The translations under genes and the position numbers were made by a program. 64,000 nucleotides of DNA, from NCBI RefSeq assembly GCF_046119375.1, contig NW_027362767.1, positions 425,754,001 to 425,818,000 of the forward strand. The letters are read 5' to 3'. Position 1 is the first letter of the stretch. Every line of letters begins with the position of its first letter. Below the pieces are notes generated by a model. It ran no database searches, was not told where the DNA came from, and worked only from the letters and a program-made list of their open reading frames with translations. Of the stretch, positions 28,602 through 40,039 are shown piece by piece. Origin of the DNA: Phyllobates terribilis (taxonomy: Eukaryota).

Positions 28602-31600
28602 CTGAAAGAGATAAAGGGGGAGCACGTTACTCAAAAAAAAAAAAAAAAAAAAAGGCAAGGAGGAAAAATTATATTACAGTATTATGGACCAACATTTGGG
28701 AAGAACTCCCTAATCACTGCTTTCAGATTTCTCCTTCAGTCTCGTCACGGCCCCCCCCAATGTACTACCTCCGGCCCCTTTCCCCACCAATGCACAACCT
28801 CCGGCCTTTTGGTGTGTGACATCTGGACCCATTGCCCCCCGGTGTATAACATCCAGCACCTCTTTCCCGGTATGTAACATCCAGCCCCCAGTGTATAACT
28901 TCCGGCCCCCCGCCATGCCATCTGCCTTTACTAACATATGACAGAGCAGCCGGTGGTGCGGAGCTCACTGATACCAGCGCGGTCCTGTAATAGGAGACAC
29001 CGGGGTACAAAAGTCCATCCATGACATTTCTTCCTCCTGAATCTTCCCCATCACCTGTGAGTGATATTACTGAGAAGTGCAAGGAACCGCAGCAACTCAG
29101 CCACAAAGTGGAGACCCCGTAATGTTACAGAGCGGGGGGCAGAGTGCTGAACAGCAGAGAACAGAGAAGTGACCACCGCTCTGCAGATCCCATACCTTCT
29201 CTGATACTAACATCAACACAAACACTGCCTCCCCGCCGGGAGCTTCATGGCCGAGCAGCTGCGTGCAGCCGTACATCACCAAGCACAATACCGAGCGTCG
29301 GATGGAGTGGTGTAAAGCCGCCACCACTGGACTCTGGAGGAGACGTGTCCTGTGCAGTGATGGATCATTCTCTATCTGCGATTGATGGAGGAGTCTGGGT
29401 TTAGTGACACAAGGAGAACGTTACCCCCTGACTGCATTGTGCCCTTTGTACTGGTGGTGGAAGAGTACAACGCTATGGGCTGTTAACAGGGGGCGGCCGC
29501 AGACCCTCAGCTCCAGTGATCAGAAATCTTAATCTTCAGCACAAGACGTTGTGGACAATTGTAGCTTCAGCTTTGTGGGAACAGTTTGGGGTTCGCCCTT
29601 CTCCCCATGACTGTCCAGTGCACAAGCTCCATACAGACATGGAGGAGAACATGAGCGGCCTGTATTCTTCCACCTTCCTGTATGCAGATATAGGAGGACT
29701 CGGACTGGCAGTGATTACAGATTTTGAGCCCTTACCTGCGTTCAGCGTTTCCTCTCTATTCTGCCCTTGATAGATCCACTATATAATGAGGGGTCACTGT
29801 CACAAGTCAGGCTGCATCCCCCCGGACCACCATGATTTTCCCCCCTGACCTCGATGGGGCTGTCATGCATTTGGTGGTGAGATGTTCTGGGATATCACGT
29901 GGTTGTCAGACATCATTAATGCTGGATCTGAGCAGCGCTCTTATTATAGCAGCGAGTTCAGCTCTAAACTTAGTTTCGGGAAGTTCGTTCAGTCTTGTGA
30001 AACTGATGTGGAAACCGGAGCTGCGCCGTCTCAGCAGACACGCCATGTTATGTTACACCGGGGAGCAGCAGCGCCTGTCGGCCGGACGTTAAGTGCTCGC
30101 CTCATTATTTACTGCTTACATTTACCTCCAGCGCCTCCTCGTGCTGCTGGACGGCGCCCTCAGAGGGCCGCGCTGGCACCATACACCCTGAGCTGCCCGG
30201 CGTTACTGGGCACGGGTCATGAGAGGAGACACCATGCAAAACATCAACACTAATGGAAACCGTGAAGCAAGCAGTAATGAGCGGCCAGAAGTGCTAGCCC
30301 ACAGACGTGACGGGAAATGGTTAATGATCGGCTTTTATGGCAGGATATATAGCGCTGTTATCTAGAAAAAGGGTCAGAGGTGTTTAGGTAGTGAGTGCTC
30401 GGAGGCCTCGTAGTACGACCCCAACAGGAGTCCACAGGGTGCAGAGCGCAACCCCACTGGACTTTATGAGCACTGGATGGAGAAGATCTAATTATTGCCA
30501 TGGCTGTTGGTTATGTTCTCCCCTCCATGTCTGTATGGAGCTTGTGCACTGCGCACAGTCATAGGGGACAGATAAGGGCCTTCCCACAAAGCTGAAGTTA
30601 CAATTGTCCACAATGTCTTCTGATGAAGATTAACCACTTCGAGTCACAGCCTGTTTTTGCCTTCGTGACCAGGCCAATTTTTTCAATTCTGACCACTGTC
30701 ACTTTATGAGGTAATTACTCTGGAACGCTTCAACGGATCCCCCTGATTCTGAGACTGTTTTTTTGTGACATATTGTACTTCATGATAGTGGTAAAATTTC
30801 TTCGATATCACTTGCGTTTGATTGTGAAAAAAATCGGAAATTTGGCAAAAATTTTGAAAATTTTGCAATTTTCAAACTTTGAATTTTCATGCCCTTTAAT
30901 CAGAGAGATATGTCACACAAAATAGTTAATAAATAACATTGCCCACATGTCTACTTCACATCAGCACAATTTTGGAACCAAAATTTTTTTTTGTTAGGAA
31001 GCTATAAGGGTTAAAAGTTGACCAGCGATTTCTCATTTTTCCAACAAAATTTACAAAAACATTTTTTTTTTAGGGACCACATCTTATTTGAAGTGACTTT
31101 GAGGAGCCTTTATGACAGAAAATACCCAAAAGTGATACCATTCTAAAAACTGCACCCCTCAAGGTGCTCAAAACCACATTCAAGAAGTTTATTAACCCTT
31201 CAGGTGCTTCACAGGAATTTTTGGAATGTGGAAGAAAACAATGAACATTTAACTTTTTTTCACAAAACTGCTACTTTAACCTCAAATTTTTAATTTTCAC
31301 AAGGGCAGCCAGAAAAAATGGACCCCAAAATGTGTTGTGTAATTGCTCCTGAGCACGCTGATACCCCATATGTGGTGCAAAGCCACTGTTTGGGCGCACG
31401 GCATGGCTTGGAAGGTAAGGAGCGCCATTTGACTTTTGGAATGGAAATTTGACTGGAATGGATAGCGGACGCCATGTTGCATTTGGAGAGCCCCTGAGGT
31501 GCCTAAACAGAGGAAACCCCCAACAAGTGACCCCATTTTGGAAACTAGACCCCTCAAGGAACTTATCTAGATGTGTGGTGAGCACCTTGAACCCCCAGGG

Positions 31601-34600
31601 GCTTCACAGAATTTTATAATGTTGAAGTGTGAAAATAAAAAAAACACATTTTTAAACACAAAACTGCTACTTTAGCCTCAAATTTTTAATTTTCACAAGG
31701 GCAGCCAGAAAAAATGGACCCCAAAATGTGTTGTGCAATTTCTCCTGAGCACGCTGATACCCCATATGTGGTGCAAAGCCACTGTTTGGGCGCACGGCAT
31801 GGCTTGGAAGGTAAGGAGCGCCATTTGACTTTTGGAATGGAAATTTGACTGGAATGGATAGCGGACGCCATGTTGCATTTGGAGAGCCCCTGAGGTGCCT
31901 AAACAGAGGAAACCCCCAACAAGTGACCGAATTTTACAATCTACTCCTCTGTATAAATTAATCTAGTGGTGGGAAAATAAGTAGATAGGTAAATGGTCAC
32001 TAAACCCATAGATGAATTCCCACAGAGGTGTCATTTCTATAATAGGGTCACTTCAGGGGGGATTATGCTGTTCTGGCACTTTTCAGAGTACCAGAGCTAA
32101 AGAATCCCCCCTGAAGTGACCCCATTTTGGAAATGAAACCCCTCTGGGAATTCATCTATGGGTTTAGTGACCATTTTAACTCAATGGATGATTTCCAGAA
32201 ACAAGCACGCAATGGAAGGTTTAGATTCTGGAGAACCCCCCCTGGAAATTAAGTGAGCTCTACTCGAATGTGTCATTCACTAAATGAACCAAATGTTTGA
32301 ATGACAAATTGGGATACATTTTTACAGTTTAAAAACGTGGTTCTGTGTGGAAGATTTTAAAGCAGTCAGTGACGCATAAGGCTGGCAATGATGGGCATTG
32401 TGGGCAATAGTAGCGGGTATCACGCCTCATTCCTCTCTTAGTACATACACGACATCTTTTCTGGGGGTTCCTTCTTGTTTCCGTTGCTGGAATAAGTGCA
32501 ATAAAATGTCGCTCAGTGAGTCTTTTCACATCCTCAGATTCTAATGGATGAGCGGGGCTAACACTTTGAAAGACAAGATTTTCAATTACCTTTTCTTGAT
32601 AATCAAGAAAAGGATCTGAATTTCCTGCTTCTTTGTACAACACAAAAGAATTGTATGTGGCCACCTGAAACAAAGAAATAACCAACTTTTTATACCAGGT
32701 ATAGGACTTTCTTGATACCTGGTATGGCTGTAGAACCTGGTCTGCAAGGTCCACACCCCCCATGTGTTTGTTGTAGTCAATGACTGACACAGGTTTTTGC
32801 TTCGGAGTGGTGGATCCTAGTTCTACAGTGGCCCTTGTGGCATCTGTGTGGATCGAGCTGAGGACAAAAATATCCCTCTTATCCCTATATTTCAGGGCAA
32901 GCAGCTCTCCGTTGCGTACAGCCCCTGACTGCCCCTTTTGAAACTTTTGGTTGACCAATGGTTGTGGAAACCCCTGACGGTTTTTACAGATGGTCCCACA
33001 AGCCCCGATGTTGTGTTCAACCAGACTTTTAAATAGGGGTATGCTGGTGTAATAATTGTCCACATATAGATTGGAGCCTTTTTGAAAAAATGGACTTATC
33101 AGCTCCCAAACAATTTTTCCAGATGTCCCCAGATAAGTAGGGCATCCTGGTGGGTTTAGTTGGCTATCTTTCCCCTCATATATGCAGAAAGCGGATGTGT
33201 ATCCGGTTGAACTTTCGCACATTTTATAGATCTTTATTCCAAACCTTGCCCTTTTAGATGGGATAAATTGCTTGAGGTGCAGTCTTCCTTTGAATTTTAC
33301 AAGGGACTCATCTATAGAAATATCTTGTGTTGGGGTGTAGAGGCTTAAGAATTTTTCTGACAAATTTTCAATGATGGGTCTAATTTTATATAACCTGTCA
33401 TGTTCTGGGGCATTTCGGGGCAGGCATTGACTATTGTCGTTAAAATGCCAAAACCGCATGAGCATTTCATAACGGGTCCTAGGCAGAATGACTGAAAACA
33501 TAGGGGTGGCTTGAACAGGGTGGTTGGACCAGTAGGATCGAATGCTCAGTTTTTTAACAAGCCCCATGGCAAATGTAAGTCCTAAAAATTTTTTTATTTC
33601 CGGGACATTAGTTGGTGTCCATAAATTTGCCCTAGCATAGTAAGAACGGGGATTCTGGCTTATGAATTGGGACGCGTATAAATTTGTTTGCACGACAATA
33701 TGCTCTAGCAAGCGGTCTGTAAAAGACAAATTAAAAAAATGAATTGGTCCAAAATCTTCCACCTGCACATTTATACCAGGAGTGGCGTTGAAATCAGGGC
33801 TGAATGGAGCAGCCGAATCCGAAGCCTCCCATCTGGGAAATGCTAGATCATGTGGCAACGCCCCTTGTACACTGGCGTGCGCCAATTCACTAGTAGCAGG
33901 GACAGCGCTTGTACTGGGCAGCGTTCCCTGATTTGGAGACGTTTCTCCAGTAGCGCTATTTGCACCTATTGCTGTACTGGTCCTTGGGCTTGAGGATGGA
34001 ACAGAATCACTGCTCATTTCTGAGCTCTCAGTGTCGCCGCTACTAAAACCCTCAAAATCCACATCTCCATCTGAGATTGCGCTGTCATCAGTGTCAGAAC
34101 ACAGCAGGGCATACACCTCCTCTGCGGTATAAGTCTGACGGGCCATTTTATTTTTATATTTTTTGACCGGACTGGACTGACCGGACCGGACTGACCGGAC
34201 TGGACTGACCGGACCGGACTGACCGGACCGGACTGACCGGACCGGACTGACCGGACCGGACTGACCGATCTGACCGGACTGATCTGACCGGACTGACTGA
34301 CTGACTGACTGATCTGACCGGACTGACTGACTGACTGATCTGACAGGACTGACTGACTGATCTGACAGGACTGACTGACTGACTGATCTGACAGGACTGA
34401 CTGACTGACTGACTGATCTGACAGGACTGACTGACTGACTGATCTGACAGGACTGACTGATCTGACAGGACTGACTGACTGATCTGACAGGACTGACTGA
34501 CTGATCTGACAGGACTGACTGACTGATCTGACAGGACTGACTGACTGATCTGACAGGACTGACTGACTGATCTGACAGGACTGACTGACTGATCTGACAG

Positions 34601-37320
34601 GACTGACTGACTGATCTGACAGGACTGACTGGACTGACTGACCTGACAGGACTGACTGATCTGACAGGACTGACAGGACTGACTGACTGACTGATCTGAC
34701 AGGACTGACTGACTGACTGATCTGACAGGACTGACTGACTGATCTGACAGGACTGACTGACTGATCTGACAGGACTGACTGACTGATCTGACAGGACTGA
34801 CTGACTGATCTGACAGGACTGACTGACTGACTGATCTGACAGGACTGACTGACTGACTGATCTGACAGGACTGACTGACTGACTGATCTGACAGGACTGA
34901 CTGATCTGACAGACTCACTAACCCTAACTCTTACTTTCTTTTTTATTTTTTATTTTTTTACTTTCACAGTGGCAAGGCTGACAGCTCTTGTCACACTGTT
35001 TCTCCTCTGCTCTCTCACTGAGATCGGAGGAGAAACTGCATTTATCAGGCAGATCGCCCGGGAAAGTTTGTTGCTAAAACAAACTTCCCTGGTGATCTCT
35101 CTGATTGGCTGGTGTGACGCTGACATCATCAAGACCTGAGCCAATCAGGTCTCGATGTCAGAGGTCACAGCACCGGGATCCCCGCCGCTGACAGGTATGT
35201 GGGGGGTCCCGATCGCCGACCACCGGCTGTCCCTATCTTTTAAATGCCGCGATCGCTATGGATCGCGGCATCTAGAAGATAGGAACAGGTTAACATCATG
35301 AGGACCTGATCCAATCAGGTCCCCATGATGCCACATGTCAGAGCTATCGCTCTGAACCGGTACCGCAGCGCTAGCAGGACCCTGGGGGTCCTGAGCGCTG
35401 CGGGACCACCCACCGTTTTTAAACGTCGGCGCTGCACAGAGCCCAGGCAGCGCCGACGTTTATGTACAGTGGGCGGTCCTGAACCGGTTAAGATTTCCCT
35501 TCACCGGAACTAAGGGCCCAATGCCGACCCCTGATGACAAGCCCATAGCAATATCCTCCTCCACCATCTGTGCAGCGGGCACAATGCAGTCTTTTAAACT
35601 TCCTCCTAACATCTCCAGGACGAACGTGTTGTCTATGGCCACGGCACTCACAGGGCGTCAGTATGGCGACAGATTTATACAAACCAATACCTTTGGGGAT
35701 CGACTGATTCTGTGATCTCACCTGTAGTGAACTTTTTGTCTTTCTTGCTGTAGAAATCCTTATAGGAAGACATGATGACTGGAATTACGGGGACCTAAAA
35801 AAGATAAATAAGTAAAAATAGAAAGCAACGTGATGCCGCCCGCTTGATGCCATTGCAGCAGATACAGCGGCCAGGTAAGTAGACGGTTACAGCCCACTCC
35901 TCCATAGATTGGGGGGGGAATCTTACCTGCGCTTGCACTGCCAGGTGGAAGGCGCCTCGTTTGAATGGCAGCAGTGACCCGCTGTGATTTCGGGTCCCCT
36001 CTGGGAACACCCAGACACGCACCTAGATCAGCACAGAGACAGGTATAGTAACTGACAGATGCCCCATAGCGGTCCTCGATGCCCTGCCATTACTGGACCC
36101 TCACATACAGACCTGATGGACCCATGGTGGTCTGAAGAAAAACAGATACCCAGTCTTCTCGCTTCCTCTTCCAGCCAATCATCAGAGACTGACTGGCTGC
36201 AGCGTCAATATCGTGACCGAGCTGGACATCGGTGGGGAGCAAATGGCCCAAGTCCAGTAGGCCAGTATCTGTTTTAATTATAAGACCACCCTGGCCCAAT
36301 TGTCAGATAAAATATATCAGTGGACGTCCTGCTAATAGGTTTAGGTCAGTGCCACTGGCCCTATACTTTGTGCCCCCCCACCTCCGCTCCCTGCATCTGA
36401 CATTATAGCCCCCATGGTTTCCCATCTCACATCCTCCTTCAGCATGGTCTCCGCCGCCTCCGTCATCACACTGATGGCGTCATCTGTTTTTTTGCGGTTG
36501 ATGAAGATGACGCCGGCCAGCCAGCACGCCAGCCCGGCAGTGCCAGCATACATCAACTCGCGCTTGGCAATGGGCACACAGCGACCAGGCAGGATCTCCA
36601 TCATCCCTGGAGAGAGATGGGACACAATAGGTTAACCACGTATAGACTAATACCATCACTGGTAAAGCCCTGGTGTCACAGTGACTCACCGAGGCCCGAC
36701 TGACCCGGCATTATACATAATGTAACCTGAATGACTGCACCCGAGAGCAAATGTGGGCCCAGAATCACCAAACTCCACAGAATGGACCCGGAGAATTCCC
36801 CGACCTCCGGCTCCCGACCTCGACATGTCTTACCTAGCAGATCCAGCGAACTCTGGTGGTTTGACACCACGACGTATGGCTCCTTAATGTTGAAGTTCTC
36901 CCAACCACGGACCTCGATCTTGATACCATAGAGGTATTTAATATGCAGAAGCATGAACCGGAGGACCCTGAGACAGGAGATAAGGGGCACTGGTAAGAGT
37001 CCAAGGGAAGAACAAGCGAAGGTAGAAGATACACCACAGACGGGAAAAACGAGAGTAAAAGGGAATAACGGCGCAGAGGCCGGTCCTATAACACCGTAGC
37101 CTCACATACGAGAGGAGGCGGCCGCCATCACTTACTTCATGTTCTCCACGTTGCGCCCCCTCACTGCACATATAGGAATGGCCAAGATGGCCAGCGTCAG
37201 GATCCAGCCGTTGTAAAACGCCATCTTGCAGAAGTACTTGAAGGAGACGCTCCATTCGTACAGGAGCGGGAACGCCACCAGACAGACCACGAGAAGCCAC
37301 TGCGCCACAGACAGCTCCAT
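28444..37320 (-). CDS. agpat1: 1-acyl-sn-glycerol-3-phosphate acyltransferase alpha, spliced model complement join(37136..37320,36834..36967,36431..36606,35927..36022,35722..35794,28444..28601), 273 aa
   Basis: Six exons with canonical splice sites total 822 nt. Acyltransferase motifs NHQSSLD, IFINR, VFPEGTR and FKRGAF are present. [31 protein letters not shown] and [14 protein letters not shown] are AGPAT1-type rather than AGPAT2. Confidence 0.95.
29225..29660 (+). mobile_element. Degenerate Tc1-like transposase remnant
   Basis: Fragments resembling ELHG..GRAAA, RRHWTL, DCIVP and LWEQFG, with many indels. Confidence 0.7.
31251..31926. repeat. ~396-bp direct tandem duplication in the piggyBac 3' region
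   Basis: Identical ORFs offset by 396 nt (31290 vs 31686). Confidence 0.9.
32329..34146 (-). CDS. piggyBac transposase (PGBD4-like), 605 aa, uninterrupted
   Basis: Catalytic DDD contexts [16 protein letters not shown] and MGGVDLAD. C-terminal Cys-rich CRVC..CPQC..LC..C..H domain. Acidic N-terminus. Confidence 0.93.
   Translation of the reverse strand: MARQTYTAEEVYALLCSDTDDSAISDGDVDFEGFSSGDTESSEMSSDSVPSSSPRTSTAIGANSATGETSPNQGTLPSTSAVPATSELAHASVQGALPHDLAFPRWEASDSAAPFSPDFNATPGINVQVEDFGPIHFFNLSFTDRLLEHIVVQTNLYASQFISQNPRSYYARANLWTPTNVPEIKKFLGLTFAMGLVKKLSIRSYWSNHPVQATPMFSVILPRTRYEMLMRFWHFNDNSQCLPRNAPEHDRLYKIRPIIENLSEKFLSLYTPTQDISIDESLVKFKGRLHLKQFIPSKRARFGIKIYKMCESSTGYTSAFCIYEGKDSQLNPPGCPTYLGTSGKIVWELISPFFQKGSNLYVDNYYTSIPLFKSLVEHNIGACGTICKNRQGFPQPLVNQKFQKGQSGAVRNGELLALKYRDKRDIFVLSSIHTDATRATVELGSTTPKQKPVSVIDYNKHMGGVDLADQVLQPYQVSRKSYTWYKKLVISLFQVATYNSFVLYKEAGNSDPFLDYQEKVIENLVFQSVSPAHPLESEDVKRLTERHFIALIPATETRRNPQKRCRVCTKRGMRRDTRYYCPQCPSLPALCVTDCFKIFHTEPRF
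34166..34913. repeat. Compound GACT/GACAG/GACCG microsatellite upstream of the transposase ATG
   Basis: Directly visible; source of the spurious 254-aa S/Q/V ORF. Confidence 0.95.
35722..35794 (-). CDS. agpat1: agpat1 coding exon 5 ([24 protein letters not shown])
   Basis: 73 nt, ttttttag acceptor, G|gtgaga donor. Confidence 0.93.
35927..36022 (-). CDS. agpat1: agpat1 coding exon 4 ([22 protein letters not shown])
   Basis: 96 nt, atctag acceptor, CAG|gtaaga donor. Confidence 0.96.
36431..36606 (-). CDS. agpat1: agpat1 coding exon 3 ([23 protein letters not shown])
   Basis: 176 nt, ctccag acceptor, gtgaga donor. Confidence 0.96.
36834..36967 (-). CDS. agpat1: agpat1 coding exon 2 (NHQSSLD catalytic motif)
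   Basis: 134 nt, tctcag acceptor, gtaaga donor. Confidence 0.96.
37136..37320 (-). CDS. agpat1: agpat1 coding exon 1 ([13 protein letters not shown])
   Basis: ctctgcag acceptor (exon starts at 37325), ATG at 37320, AA|gtaag donor. Confidence 0.93.
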
Positions 37321-37371
37321 CGCTCCTGCAGAGACGGGAAGAGACAGCGACAGATGAGACCGGGAGATATA

Positions 37372-39150
37372 ACGCACGGAAGGAGAGAGACGAGGACAGG
37401 AGGGGGTGTATAACGCACAGGAGGAGAGAGAGAGACGAGGACAGGAGGGGGTGTATAACGCACAGGAGGAGAGAGAGAGACGAGGACAGGAGGGGGATAT
37501 AATGCACAGGAGGAGAGAGAGAGACGAGGACAGGAGGGGGATATAATGCACAGGAGGAGAGAGAGACGAGGACAGGAGGGGGATATAATGCACAGGAGGT
37601 GAGAGACGAGGACAGGAGGGGGATATAATGCACAGGAGGAGAGAGAGAGACGAGGACAGGAGGGGGATATAATGCACAGGAGGAGAGAGAGAGACGAGGA
37701 CAGGAGGGGGATATAATGCACAGGAGGAGAGAGAGAGACGAGGACAGGAGGGGGATATAATGCACAGGAGGAGAGAGAGAGACGAGGACAGGAGGGGGAT
37801 ATAATGCACAGGAGGTGAGAGACGAGGACAGGAGGGGGATATAATGCACAGGAGGTGAGAGACGAGGACAGGAGGGGGTGTATAACGCACAGGAGGAGAG
37901 AGAGAGACGAGGACAGGAGGGGGTGTATAACGCACAGGAGGAGAGAGAGAGAGACGAGGACAGGAGGGGGTGTATAACGCACAGGAGGAGAGAGAGAGAG
38001 AGACGAGGACAGGAGGGGGTGTATAACGCACAGGAGGAGAGAGAGAGAGAGACGAGGACAGGAGGGGGTGTATAACGCACAGGAGGAGAGAGAGAGAGAC
38101 GAGGACAGGAGGGGGTGTATAACGCACAGGAGGAGAGAGAGAGAGACGAGGACAGGAGGGGGTGTATAACGCACAGGAGGAGAGAGAGACGAGGACAGGA
38201 GGGGGATATAATGCACAGGAGGAGAGAGAGAGAGACGAGGACAGGAGGGGGTGTATAACGCACAGGAGGAGAGAGAGACGAGGACAGGAGGGGGTGTATA
38301 ACGCACAGGAGGAGAGAGAGAGACGAGGACAGGAGGGGGTGTATAACGCACAGGAGGAGAGAGAGAGAGACGAGGACAGGAGGGGGTGTATAACGCACAG
38401 GAGGAGAGAGAGAGACGAGGACAGGAGGGGGATATAATGCACAGGAGGAGAGAGAGAGACGAGGACAGGAGGGGGATATAATGCACAGGAGGAGAGAGAG
38501 AGACGAGGAGGACAGGAGGGGGATATAATGCACAGGAGGTGAGAGACGAGGACAGGAGGGGGATATAATGCACAGGAGGAGAGAGAGAGACGAGGACAGG
38601 AGGGGGATATAATGCACAGGAGGTGAGAGACGAGGACAGGAGGGGGAAATAATGCACAGGAGGAGAGAGAGACGAGGACAGGAGGGGGATATAATGCACA
38701 GGAGGAGAGAGAGACGAGGACAGGGGGGGGGTATAATGCACAGGAGGAGAGAGAGAGACGAGGACAGGAGGGGGATATAATGCACAGGAGGAGAGAGAGA
38801 CGAGGACAGGAGGGGGATATAATGCACAGGAGGAGAGAGAGACGAGGACAGGGGGGGGGTATAATGCACAGGAGGAGAGAGAGAGACGAGGACAGGGGGG
38901 GGTATAATGCACAGGAGGAGAGAGACGAGGACAGGGGGGGGTATAATGCACAGGAGGTGAGAGACGAGGACAGGAGGGGGATATAATGCACAGGAGGAGA
39001 GAGAGAGACGAGGACAGGAGGGGGATATAATGCACAGGAGGAGAGAGAGACGAGGACAGGAGGGGGATATAATGCACAGGAGGAGAGAGAGACGAGGACA
39101 GGGGGGGGTATAATGCACAGGAGGAGAGAGACGAGGGCAGGGGATATAAC
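37372..39150. repeat. ~45-bp purine-rich minisatellite (gagacgaggacaggagggggatataatgcacaggaggagaga), ~39 copies
   Basis: Tandem units with a variable (GA)n; ends ~45 nt from the agpat1 acceptor. Confidence 0.95.
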
Positions 39151-39865
39151 GTACGGATTATACAGAGGATGTTGGGACTTATACTTGTCAGGGAGCCCCT
39201 GTATGAGCTGAGTGTCAGCAGATAATGGGCAGAGTTCAGCGCGATGTCTTAAGATCGGGAGTTCTGCTCTTTGCTCCGCTTCTCTCCCACCTTTGTACAC
39301 ATTTCTAACACTTAGTTATTTTTCCCCTTTATACACATTTCTTCAGCTTGTAGCCCCTCCAGCTGCTGCAGGACAACTCACATCATGCGTTGACAGCCAG
39401 AACCTGTAACCCCTGTAACTGGTCTAATACTACAACTCCCAGCATTGCCTTGACACATGCAAGTTACCTGTGACCCTCCAGCAATAGTAGGACAACAAAT
39501 CTCAGCATGCCCTGACAGATGAAAGCAACTTGAAGCTGACTGCGGTGACACTACAACCCCCAGAATGCGCTGATGACAGGAGGAAAATGATTTCTAGGAA
39601 GGAAAAGTCCAAAACGTCCTCTAGCGTCTGGAACCCATCTTCAGGATTACGACGAGACATTGTGCACCGCTCTGGATATACGGTATATACCGAAAGTAGC
39701 ACTCTGTAGCGCCATAGCATGCAAACATGAATTGCATTTCTGCTCTGGAAATTAGGAAAAAACAAGAATACTTAGAGCATAAATTGGCCAATCCATGTGA
39801 ACCCAGCAGCCAGATAAGGCGATTCTCTTTGCTGGGGACCCATCTAATGTGAATCCTCCCCTAGG

Positions 39866-40039
39866 CTGAAGCCTGCATTTATATGGGGAGGTAGGATCCT
39901 GCTGTGATTATAACCACCAGAGGCTGATGGGTGGAGTGCTTTGTATACATAGGCTCTCTGATGAAGTACTCCACCCATCAGCCTCTGGTGGTTATAATCA
40001 CAGCAGGATCCTACCTCCCCATATAAATGTAGGCTTCAG
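39866..40039. repeat. 174-bp hairpin-forming inverted repeat
   Basis: ~76-bp arms (ctgaagcc..gggtggagtgctt / aagtactccaccc..ggcttcag) around a ~22-nt loop. Confidence 0.9.

Larger units (their letters stand above)
30634..35487 (-). mobile_element. Full-length piggyBac DNA transposon (4854 bp), TTAA TSD
   Basis: TTAA at 30630-30633 and 35488-35491. Termini CCACTTC and CCGGTTC (imperfect TIR). Removing it restores aaatcTTAAtcttc, as in the sister repeat at 29521. Confidence 0.9.
30480..35640 (-). mobile_element. Degenerate Tc1-like remnant (30480-30633 plus 35488-35640) split by the piggyBac
   Basis: [20 protein letters not shown] on one side continues as cagaagacattgtggacaa..ctttgtggga on the other. 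It matches the 29521 copy across the TTAA. Confidence 0.75.

Noticed and set aside
34154-34918. 254-aa S/Q/V ORF as a second piggyBac gene
   Set aside because: Microsatellite with a non-ATG start, open in all frames.
34914-34930. Telomere-like GTTAGGGTTAG
   Set aside because: Under two units, inside the piggyBac leader; not an interstitial telomeric array.
36938-39300. ORFs of 626-726 aa upstream of agpat1
   Set aside because: Minisatellite read-through in all three frames; the real exon begins at the 37325 acceptor.
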